Assembly: GCA_038241095.1 (NCBI GenBank) | Contig: JBBRGB010000001.1 | Coordinates: 1-48,810, forward strand | Direction of reading: 5' to 3' | Source: Phycisphaerales bacterium | Lineage (GTDB): Bacteria; Planctomycetota; Phycisphaerae; Phycisphaerales; Phycisphaeraceae | Length of the DNA stretch: 48,810 bases | Shown here: positions 10,665-17,888 of the stretch, one piece after another | Layout: each line of letters starts with the position of its first letter | Numbering within the stretch: the stretch's first letter is position 1 | Notes under the pieces: model-generated | What the model saw: the letters and a program-made list of their open reading frames with translations, nothing else | Database searches by the model: none | Told to the model about the DNA's origin: nothing | Program-made: the position numbers and the translations under genes

Positions 10665-11403
10665 TATTTTTCGCGCCGCGACTGGTCGCACCCGCCGCTC
10701 CGCCTGGCCACGCCGGGCATGGCTGTGCCTGTGCGCTGTGCCGCTGCTGATCGCGTTAATAATGTTGCCCGGCTGCGGGGCCGCAGGCTTCGCCGCCATT
10801 GCCACGGGTGGCGAGCGGGCCAAGGCCGTGTTCAAACTCCCGCAACAACCCACGCTGGTGCTCGTCGATGACCCGGCCAACATGCTCGGCGACCGCTCGC
10901 TGGTCAACGCCGTGGCCGCCCGCGCCGACTTCGCTTTGGTGGATCAGAAGGCACTTAAGCAAACCATCAAGCCCGGCGCGGTCAACGAACTGCGCGACCG
11001 CATGGGAAGCGATTTTGACAAGACCCCGGTGGCGAAGATTGGGCGCGAACTCGGCGCGGCCCAGGTCATTCACGTCACCATCCAGGATGTGACGATGGGC
11101 GGCGACCTCTCCCTCCTGCGGCCCACTGCCGTGTTTGAGGTCAAGGTCATCGACGCCAGCGCCAACAAACGCATCTTCCCCGTGGCCCTGCCCCAAGACG
11201 CCGGTATGACACCGGTGGCTGAACTGGGCCAAGGCGCTGGCTTCAAAAAGGGCGTGACGATGGCCTATAAACCCAGCGGCCGCGAGGGCCAAAGCATGGT
11301 GCCCGAGCTGCGGCGAAAACTCGCCGAACGCATCGGCCTGGAAGTGGCGCAAATCTTCTACGATCACGAACCCGCCACCATGCTCATCCCCTCCATCGAA
11401 TAA
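10636..11403 (+). CDS. hypothetical lipoprotein (paralog of the previous gene)
   Basis: ATG at 10636 overlaps the end of the upstream gene. The signal plus lipobox reads LIALIMLPGCGAAG. The C-terminus ...EVAQIFYDHEPATM mirrors the FYDHDEY tail of the upstream gene. Confidence 0.6.
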   Translation: MTTMNTFPADIFRAATGRTRRSAWPRRAWLCLCAVPLLIALIMLPGCGAAGFAAIATGGERAKAVFKLPQQPTLVLVDDPANMLGDRSLVNAVAARADFALVDQKALKQTIKPGAVNELRDRMGSDFDKTPVAKIGRELGAAQVIHVTIQDVTMGGDLSLLRPTAVFEVKVIDASANKRIFPVALPQDAGMTPVAELGQGAGFKKGVTMAYKPSGREGQSMVPELRRKLAERIGLEVAQIFYDHEPATMLIPSIE

Positions 11404-11445
11404 CCTCTACGAGTCAAAATCAAAAGAACACGCCGCCCCCGAAAG

Positions 11446-11466
11446 CCCAGCCGCTCCGCGGCTGGG
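11446..11466 (+). terminator. GC hairpin after the lipoprotein pair (weak terminator candidate)
   Basis: CCCAGCCGC-tcc-GCGGCTGGG forms a 9-bp perfect stem 43 nt after the stop at 11403. No clear T-tract follows. Confidence 0.3.
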
Positions 11467-11537
11467 AGTCCCCCACGCAAAACTTTTCCAACTCTCCACC
11501 CCTCCGCTCTCCGCTCTCCCCCCTTTCGCTTTTTCTA

Positions 11538-12743
11538 ATGCACCTCCTGCACCTCTTCGACGACGCCAGCCCGCAAGCCAGCAGCACCACCTTGGCGCTG
11601 CTGGCCGCCTCGCAGGACGATTTGCGAGACAACAACGCTCAACCCATCACCCAACGCATCCTGCTCCTTGGCGGGCAGACGCTTGGCCAAGCCGTCGCAA
11701 ACCTGAATCTGCCCCATGCGCAGCGCATCGGCGCGCCGCTGCGTCAACCGCTCATGGCTTGGCCTGCCGTACGTCACGCCCTGCAACGTTTCGAGACTCT
11801 GCCCGGCAACCAAAGCCTCCAACACCCCGACATCGTTCACTGCTGGAGCGCCGCCACGTTCACCCTCGCATCGCTCTATTTCCGCAACGCGATGCGACTG
11901 CTAACCGTCACCACCCCGCCGCCCGCCCGCACCATCCAATGGCTGCGGATGTTGGTGGCCGAAGCCCGTGGCAACGCGGCCATCCTCACCATCAGTTCCA
12001 CGCTTCGCCGCGATTTGCTGGCCGGGGGGTTGCCCGAGTCGGCGGTGCATGTCCTGCGGCCGGGCATCGATCTTGCGATGGTGCAAACCACGCGGCGCGA
12101 TGCCCTACGAGCCGAGTTGGGCATTGAACCGGGGGATCGCGTGGTGGCCTTGCTAAGCGATCCGCCGTGTGCCGCCGACGCCGCCCACGCCGACATGGCC
12201 ACGGGCCTGGCCGATGAAAGCTCACTTAACACCGGCCAACGGGTACGCCTGCTGATGCACCCCGATCAACACAACCATCGGCGGGCACGGCGAATCATCC
12301 GCGATCTGGGTCGCCACCAACGCATCATCACCGACCCTCGGATCACCCAACCGTGGTCCATCCTGCCGGCCTGCGATGCCGCCCTGGCGTCGGGACCTGA
12401 CGCCGGCGGGCTGTCGCTGTTGTGGGCGATGGCCGCAGGTCTGCCCATCGTCGGCGAGGCGCGGTACGCGATAAGCGAAGTCGTCGAAGACCGTCACTCG
12501 GCCCTGCTGTCCAAGCCCGGAGCCGCGCGCGTGCTGGCAATGGGCCTGACGCGGGTCTTCTCCGAACCGCAACTAGCCTGGAAACTGCGTGACACCGCCC
12601 GCCACGAAGCCTACAGCTATTTCAGCCGCCACCGCTATCGTCAGTCGCTGGCGACGGTATATCGCCAGGCCATCGAGCGGCAACCGCTGACGGTACCGGA
12701 GATGGAAGTCACCGGGGGTCTGCGTTTCGCGGCCGTGGGCTGA
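11538..12743 (+). CDS. glycosyltransferase-like protein (GT1/GT4-type C-terminal domain)
   Basis: ATG at 11538. The C-terminal half reads ...LLWAMAAGLPIVGEARYAISEVVEDRHSALL...LRDTARHEAYSYFS, which resembles the GT-B nucleotide-sugar binding domain. The N-terminal half is divergent. Confidence 0.55.
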   Translation: MHLLHLFDDASPQASSTTLALLAASQDDLRDNNAQPITQRILLLGGQTLGQAVANLNLPHAQRIGAPLRQPLMAWPAVRHALQRFETLPGNQSLQHPDIVHCWSAATFTLASLYFRNAMRLLTVTTPPPARTIQWLRMLVAEARGNAAILTISSTLRRDLLAGGLPESAVHVLRPGIDLAMVQTTRRDALRAELGIEPGDRVVALLSDPPCAADAAHADMATGLADESSLNTGQRVRLLMHPDQHNHRRARRIIRDLGRHQRIITDPRITQPWSILPACDAALASGPDAGGLSLLWAMAAGLPIVGEARYAISEVVEDRHSALLSKPGAARVLAMGLTRVFSEPQLAWKLRDTARHEAYSYFSRHRYRQSLATVYRQAIERQPLTVPEMEVTGGLRFAAVG

Positions 12744-12782
12744 AAATATCGCGGCTTGGCCGATGCCACTATCATGCCCGCC

Positions 12783-13808
12783 ATGAGCATCATCGAGCAC
12801 ATGCAATGGACCGGCGACGCGGCTTCGGGCCACCTTCGCCTGCTGGATCAAACCCGCCTGCCCACCGAAACCGTCTGGCTGGATTGCACGACGGTCAAGG
12901 ACGTGTGGGAGGCCATCAAGCGGCTGTCGGTGCGCGGGGCGCCGGCCATCGGCATCGCCGCGACCTTCGGCTGCGTCATCGGCGTCCAGCGCGGCGGATC
13001 GTTGAAAGAAGCCGCCGATTACTTGGCCACCAGCCGTCCCACCGCCGTCAATCTTTTTTGGGCCTTGGAACGCATGGGCCGGGTGACGCCCGCCTCCCCC
13101 GAAATGCTCCTGGCCGAGGCCCGCGCCATTCACGCCGAAGACCGCGCCATGTGCCAGAGCATCGGCGAGCATGGCCTGAACGTGATGCTCGCCTTGCGAA
13201 AAAAACTGGGGCTGATGGAGACAGAACCCTTGGGCGTGCTGACCCACTGCAACGCCGGCGTGCTGGCAACAGGCGGTCTGGGAACCGCCACCGCTCCCAT
13301 GTACCTAGCGCACCAAGCCGGCGTGCCCCTGAAGGTCTTCGCCGATGAAACCCGGCCCCTCTTGCAAGGCGCGCGGCTCACCGCCTACGAACTCCAACAA
13401 GCCGGTGTCGATGTCACCCTGCTCTGCGACAACATGACGGCCATGGCCATGCGGCAAGGGCTGATTCACATGGTCATCGTCGGTGCCGACCGCATCGCCG
13501 CCAATGGCGATGCCGCCAACAAAATTGGCACCTACGGCGTCGCTGTCCTGGCCAAACACCACAACCTGCCGTTCTACGTCGCGGCTCCGAGTTCCACCTT
13601 CGACCTCGCCCTCCCCACCGGCGACACCATCCCCATCGAACATCGCGGCAGCGACGAAATCACCCGCGGCATGGGCAGACAAACCGCCCCCGACAATGTC
13701 AAAACCTACAGCCCGGCCTTCGATGTCACCCCCCACGACCTCATCACCGGCATCCTCACCGAGCGCGGCCTCATCAGTCCGGTCAACACCGAAACGGTCA
13801 ACGCCTGA
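12783..13808 (+). CDS. mtnA: S-methyl-5-thioribose-1-phosphate isomerase
   Basis: The translation MSIIEHMQWTGD..GHLRLLDQTRLP...VRGAPAIGIAA..G...SRPTAVNLFWAL...THCNAG.LAT.G.GTA...ADETRP.LQGARLTA.EL...GADRIAANGD.ANKIGTY is a canonical MtnA/eIF-2B-like sequence. Alternative in-frame starts are 12756 (TTG) and 12774 (ATG). Confidence 0.9.
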   Translation: MSIIEHMQWTGDAASGHLRLLDQTRLPTETVWLDCTTVKDVWEAIKRLSVRGAPAIGIAATFGCVIGVQRGGSLKEAADYLATSRPTAVNLFWALERMGRVTPASPEMLLAEARAIHAEDRAMCQSIGEHGLNVMLALRKKLGLMETEPLGVLTHCNAGVLATGGLGTATAPMYLAHQAGVPLKVFADETRPLLQGARLTAYELQQAGVDVTLLCDNMTAMAMRQGLIHMVIVGADRIAANGDAANKIGTYGVAVLAKHHNLPFYVAAPSSTFDLALPTGDTIPIEHRGSDEITRGMGRQTAPDNVKTYSPAFDVTPHDLITGILTERGLISPVNTETVNA

Positions 13809-13837
13809 CCATCCCACCGATTGAAGATCAACCAAGC

Positions 13838-14023
13838 CCGCACAATGCCACCGTCTGCAAGGGAGGGTTACCTAAAGAGCCGCGCACGCAGTAAGCGGGG
13901 TTTTTGCCCTCATTGACCAGCGTGGTCACCCGCTTCCTCACCGTCGCGGCACGCCAAGGCACCACTTACTTCGTGCGCGGCTCGTGGCTTGGCTTTCTTG
14001 TGAATCCACATGCGTTTGCCCTG
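13838..14023 (-). mobile_element. degenerate, inverted copy of the 42245-42427 MITE-like element (one terminal repeat only)
   Basis: The reverse complement of 13838-14023 aligns with 42245-42410. It shares CAGGGCAAACGCATGTGGATT.ACA.GA.AGCCAAGCCACGAGCCGCGCACGAAGTAAG and the partner arm CCGCTTACTGCGTG.GCGG. The terminal 16-mer is present at 14008-14023, but no matching 16-mer exists at the other end. Confidence 0.6.
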
Positions 14024-14114
14024 ATCCATTGTTCCAATCATTGCGACTTCCCCCCCGCGCCGGTAACATCGTGCGACTCATTTGTCGGCGAATGTTCGCG
14101 TTTCGAGGTCTCTC

Positions 14115-14756
14115 ATGGAAGTGGTCGCGGCCAGTCTCAATTCCCAAGTGCTGGTGCTCAACCGGCTGTGGATGGCGGTGCGCATTGTTGATGCCCGCCG
14201 TGCGTTCTCGTTGCTGGTGCGAAACTTGGCCGAGGTCATCCGCGTCGATGACGGCTCCTATGCCCCACACAGCTTCGACAGTTGGACCGACCTGTCGATG
14301 GCCCGCGATGACTTTTCCCGCGGCTTCGATGCCGACCACTACGACTGGATCCGCACCGTTCGCCTGCACTTGGCCGTGCCCAAGGTCATTCGCCTCTTTG
14401 GCTACGACCGCCTGCCCCGCAGTGATGTGAAGCTCAATCGCCGTAATATTTTCGCCCGCGACGGCAACCAGTGCCAGTACTGCGGCGGCCGCTTCACCAC
14501 CAACGAACTGTCGCTGGATCACGTCCTTCCCCGCAGCCAGCAGGGCAAGAGCACGTGGGAAAACCTGGTCTGCTGCTGTGTGCGCTGCAACGCCAAAAAG
14601 GGTGGCCGCACGCCCGAGCAGGCGCACATGCGCCTGATTCGCCGACCGCACAAACCTAAGCGCAACCCCGTCATCTCCCTGCGCCTGGGCAGCGATAAAT
14701 ACGCCTGCTGGCAGGCCTTCCTGGACAACGCCTACTGGTCGGTGGAGTTGCGGTAA
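14115..14756 (+). CDS. HNH endonuclease family protein
   Basis: ATG at 14115 (alternative TTG at 14082). Contains RRNIFARDGNQCQYCGGRF...LSLDHVLPRSQQGKSTWENLVCCCVRCNAKKGGRTPEQA, an HNH motif with two CxxC pairs. Confidence 0.85.
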   Translation: MEVVAASLNSQVLVLNRLWMAVRIVDARRAFSLLVRNLAEVIRVDDGSYAPHSFDSWTDLSMARDDFSRGFDADHYDWIRTVRLHLAVPKVIRLFGYDRLPRSDVKLNRRNIFARDGNQCQYCGGRFTTNELSLDHVLPRSQQGKSTWENLVCCCVRCNAKKGGRTPEQAHMRLIRRPHKPKRNPVISLRLGSDKYACWQAFLDNAYWSVELR

Positions 14757-14767
14757 ATCGGTTTCTC

Positions 14768-14814
14768 AAGTCCACGGATGAAACCGCGGCTCGGAGCGGT
14801 TTCTTCCGTGGGAT
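14768..14814 (+). repeat. conserved post-gene hairpin, family copy b
   Basis: AAGTCCACGGATGAAACCGC-ggctcgga-GCGGTTTCTTCCGTGGGAT lies 12 nt after the HNH stop, in the convergent gap before the DUF1559 gene end at 14831. Confidence 0.75.
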
Positions 14815-14830
14815 CGTCCCCGTGCCCGGC

Positions 14831-15643
14831 TCACCATTTGGCGGTGATGCCGGTGATCTGATCCCTGCGCCAATAACCGTTGGGTGGGCTGATCGAGGGT
14901 TTCATCCCGCCCCATTGCAGCCAGTTGGTGCCGCTGCTTGGGCCTTCGGTCATGTAAACCGGGCCGTTGTAGTTGTACGTTTGGACGTGGCCATCGGCAA
15001 AGGAAAGATTGCCCACGCCGTTCTGATGGGGCATGGTCCACCCCGCCTTGGCTTGGCCGCCCCAACCGTGCGGATCGGAGAAAAACCACCAGTAGTTGGG
15101 CGACCCTTCATAGGCCTCCGCCATGAGAAAAGTTATGGTGGGCTTGGGCAGTTCATCCAGCCGCGTCATGCGCGCCTGACCCGGCGTGGGGGTGCTGTAG
15201 CCCAGCAATTGCAGGGGCACGGTGTAATCCCAGTTGCGCACGCGAACCTTGCGCGAGGGACAGTGCAGAATCTTCAGATTGCTGCGATCAAAAAACTTGC
15301 TTAGGTTGTTGCTGTCGTCAAAAGGCGCGGGGTCGAGGATGCCATCGTCGAGCATGAAGTGAACCCAGGTGTCCTTCCACGAGCCATCCGAATGCCAAAT
15401 CGTCGTCGAGGCCGGCAACCATGTCTTGTTGCCCGCGGCATAATTGTTCATCGCCAGCACCAACTGCTTCTGATTGCTGGCGCATTGAATGGTGCGCGCC
15501 GCTTCCCGCGCCGCACCCAAGGCCGGCAGGAGCATGGCGATCAACAGGGCAATGATGCTGATGACCACCAACAGTTCGATGAGCGTAAAAGCGCGGGGGG
15601 TGGATCGTGCGGGCCAAAAGGCGCGGGGGCAAGTCATGGTCAT
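14831..15643 (-). CDS. DUF1559 / prepilin-type N-terminal cleavage-methylation domain protein with a C-terminal H-X9-DG-like motif
   Basis: The N-terminus reads ...[45 protein letters not shown], a type IV pilin-like leader and helix. Near the C-terminus is [15 protein letters not shown]. Start is ATG at 15643 (alternative 15637); the track ORF extends to 15700. Confidence 0.85.
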   Translation of the reverse strand: MTMTCPRAFWPARSTPRAFTLIELLVVISIIALLIAMLLPALGAAREAARTIQCASNQKQLVLAMNNYAAGNKTWLPASTTIWHSDGSWKDTWVHFMLDDGILDPAPFDDSNNLSKFFDRSNLKILHCPSRKVRVRNWDYTVPLQLLGYSTPTPGQARMTRLDELPKPTITFLMAEAYEGSPNYWWFFSDPHGWGGQAKAGWTMPHQNGVGNLSFADGHVQTYNYNGPVYMTEGPSSGTNWLQWGGMKPSISPPNGYWRRDQITGITAKW

Positions 15644-15751
15644 GGACTCCGTGGAATAACGGGTGGCGGGACAGGTCAGGGTTTGGGGTATGCCACCCAA
15701 ATCCGCCCGAACGCCGTCAAGCGTCCGGGCGGGTCATGCGATGAATGATAA

Positions 15752-16549
15752 TTACCGACGACGCCGACGCGACAACAGGCCCGCGCCACACACGGCCAGA
15801 AGCCCCAGGGAGGCCGGCTCAGGGATGACCGCGGAGATAAAGACATCCGTGCCGCCCGTGGGGGAGTTGCCCAGATAAAGCGATCCGGTTCCGCCGTTGG
15901 GGGTGAAGCTAAAGACGAGGTACTCATTGGCCAAGAGGGAGATGTTCTGCACCCCCGCCTCGGCACCGAAATCCACATAGGCACTGCTGTCGGTAATGAC
16001 GACGTTCATCAGTTGGGTCGTGTTTTTTCGATCGGCGGAGACCTTGTAAACACGGGTGGTGGTGTTGCTCCCGCCGGTGTAGTATCTGGCCCAAGCTTGG
16101 CCACCGATGGAATAGACGCCATCCTGATTGACCCGCACGGTCAGCACACCGTTGTATCCACTGCTCTGCCGAACGCGGAGAATGTTGTCGTTGGCGTCGG
16201 CATAGGTGGGGGCCTTGTCATTAACGCCCCCATTGGCACTGGTTCTTTCCCAGCGGGTGTTGGTGTCATTCCACACTGGGTCGGCCCAGTTCCAGGCGGT
16301 GCCGGCGGCGGGCGGTTTCACCCCGGCCCCGCTGCTGACAAACTCCCAAGTGAGGCTCACGCCACTGTCCACTTGGGTGTAGGCCACGTTTGACGTTCCA
16401 CCGACGCCCGTGGCGTCGGCTTGGGCACCGGTCCAGAAGGGCACGTCCATGACGGCGGCTGGCGCGGTGGCTGCGAAGGCCACCGAGGCCACCAAAAGGC
16501 CCGCCAAAACAGTGAGACGACGCAGGGGGTTGCGAGACTTGGTCATCAT
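15752..16549 (-). CDS. PEP-CTERM sorting-domain secreted protein
   Basis: The signal peptide is MMTKSRNPLRRLTVLAGLLVASVAFAATAPA. The C-terminus VIPEPASLGLLAVCGAGLLSRRRRR shows the PEP motif, a TM helix and a basic tail. An AAGGAG Shine-Dalgarno lies upstream. The start overlaps the LacI-family stop. Confidence 0.85.
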   Translation of the reverse strand: MMTKSRNPLRRLTVLAGLLVASVAFAATAPAAVMDVPFWTGAQADATGVGGTSNVAYTQVDSGVSLTWEFVSSGAGVKPPAAGTAWNWADPVWNDTNTRWERTSANGGVNDKAPTYADANDNILRVRQSSGYNGVLTVRVNQDGVYSIGGQAWARYYTGGSNTTTRVYKVSADRKNTTQLMNVVITDSSAYVDFGAEAGVQNISLLANEYLVFSFTPNGGTGSLYLGNSPTGGTDVFISAVIPEPASLGLLAVCGAGLLSRRRRR

Positions 16550-17604
16550 AAAAGCTCCTTGTGTGAGGATGACCTACGAACCAAAACAGCGGGGGCAACC
16601 GATTTGCCTCCCTTGAATACAAAAGGAATGGCGCGGGAAGGCATGGCTTGTTCCGGCCGCGCCATTTTGTCCAGCAGGGCCTCGACCCCGACCCGCCCGA
16701 CCTCGACTTCAGGCACCAGCCAAGTCGTCAGGTCCAAGCCGACGAACCCCGCCTTGCCCCCGAAAGTGACCACGGAGATTTCGGTGGGGACATCCTTTCC
16801 GGCGCGGGCCGCAGCCGTCACCGCCAAGGAAGCCTCAACCCCGGCGTAAGCGATGATCGCCGTGGGACAATCCGGCCCGCGCAACCATTGCACCCACTTT
16901 TCCAGATTCTCCAAACCCGGAGAATGTTCGACCAACTGGCGCTCCACGCAGAGCGGCTCCAAGCCAGCGTGCTTCATCGCCTCGACATAGCCCTCGCGCC
17001 GGTGACTTCCGCTGTAGTGCGTGTTACGAGGCTGATAAGCGTGGCCGACATAAGCGATGCGACGGTGACCCAGCCCCAGCAGGTGTTGCGTGGCGCTTCG
17101 ACCAGCCCCAAAGTCATCCGGCCGCACACAGTCCTGTCCGCCCGCATAATTAAGCCAGACCGAGGGAATCGCGTATTTTTCCAGCAGTTCCCCCAGCCGG
17201 GGCGGGGGCGATACGTGGTAGTTGATCAGCAGCCCGTCGCTGTGCCACTCGCTTAGAAGTTTGGGCACAAAGCCCTCATCCTCAAACCGATCATCCTCGA
17301 CAATGCCGAGGTTGATGATGTAACCGTGCTCGGCGGCGGCGGCGTGAATGGCGTGGAGCGTTGACGCGGGCAACATGCTGCGGGTGGTCAGGGAACTCAA
17401 CAGCAGGGAAAGGGTGCGGAAACAGCCTTCCCGCACCGCCCGCGCCGAGGTGTTGACCCGGTAGCCCAAGTCATCGGCCAGTCGGCGAATCTTCTCGGCC
17501 CGCTTGCGGAAGGTGGGTCGGCGGTAGTCAGCCCCGTTAAGGACACGCGACACCGTGACGTCCGAGACGCCGGCGCGTTTTGCGATGTCCATCAACGTGG
17601 TCAT
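16546..17604 (-). CDS. LacI-family transcriptional regulator
   Basis: From the ATG at 17604 the translation starts MTTLMDIAKRAGVSDVTVSRVLNG, a LacI-type helix-turn-helix, and continues into a periplasmic-binding-protein-like sugar-binding fold. The stop at 16546-16548 overlaps the ATG of the PEP-CTERM gene. Confidence 0.88.
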   Translation of the reverse strand: MTTLMDIAKRAGVSDVTVSRVLNGADYRRPTFRKRAEKIRRLADDLGYRVNTSARAVREGCFRTLSLLLSSLTTRSMLPASTLHAIHAAAAEHGYIINLGIVEDDRFEDEGFVPKLLSEWHSDGLLINYHVSPPPRLGELLEKYAIPSVWLNYAGGQDCVRPDDFGAGRSATQHLLGLGHRRIAYVGHAYQPRNTHYSGSHRREGYVEAMKHAGLEPLCVERQLVEHSPGLENLEKWVQWLRGPDCPTAIIAYAGVEASLAVTAAARAGKDVPTEISVVTFGGKAGFVGLDLTTWLVPEVEVGRVGVEALLDKMARPEQAMPSRAIPFVFKGGKSVAPAVLVRRSSSHKELL

Positions 17605-17672
17605 AGGACGCTTTTCCCGCCTGTCAAAGGTCAAAAACGCACTTGACGACGACAACAAGTGACGACGACGAC

Positions 17673-17701
17673 ACAATACCCGACAGTTCAACCGCTGTCA
17701 A
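17673..17701 (-). promoter_or_regulatory. candidate sigma-70 promoter of the LacI-family/PEP-CTERM/DUF1559 operon (TTGACA-17 nt-TATTGT)
   Basis: On the minus strand, an exact TTGACA (17696-17701) is separated by 17 nt from TATTGT (17673-17678), about 70 nt upstream of the ATG at 17604. A CACTTG-N10-CAAGTG palindrome (17639-17660) lies between the -10 element and the start. Confidence 0.4.
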
Positions 17702-17837
17702 GGGTTTTTCTCGCCCAAGGCAAAATTATTTTGGCGTTCACCCGGTTTCCCAACCCGCGGAACCATGAATCCGTGGGATCGCCCCCCCCCGGTTCAACCC
17801 CGGATCGCCCCCGATCCCCGTGACTGTCAGTGAAGTC

Positions 17838-17878
17838 ATCCCGCACAAGCCATCGCGGCGACGGCATGTGCGGGCTTG
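17838..17878 (-). repeat. conserved post-gene hairpin, family copy h (compensated stem variant)
   Basis: The minus strand reads CAAGCCCGCACATGCC-gtcgccgcgat-GGCTTGTGCGGGAT. It starts about 10 nt after the gatA stop. It has the same AAGCCC / GGGAT flanks and the same position-9 mismatch as the other copies, but ACGG/CCGT is replaced by the paired GCAC/GTGC. Confidence 0.6.
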
Positions 17879-17888
17879 CGGGACAACG

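Noticed and set aside
17776-17812. tRNA-like T-arm (CCGGTTCAACCCCGG)
   Set aside because: Only a 4-bp stem with a TTCAACC loop is present. The 75 nt upstream contain no acceptor-stem complement, D-arm or anticodon arm.
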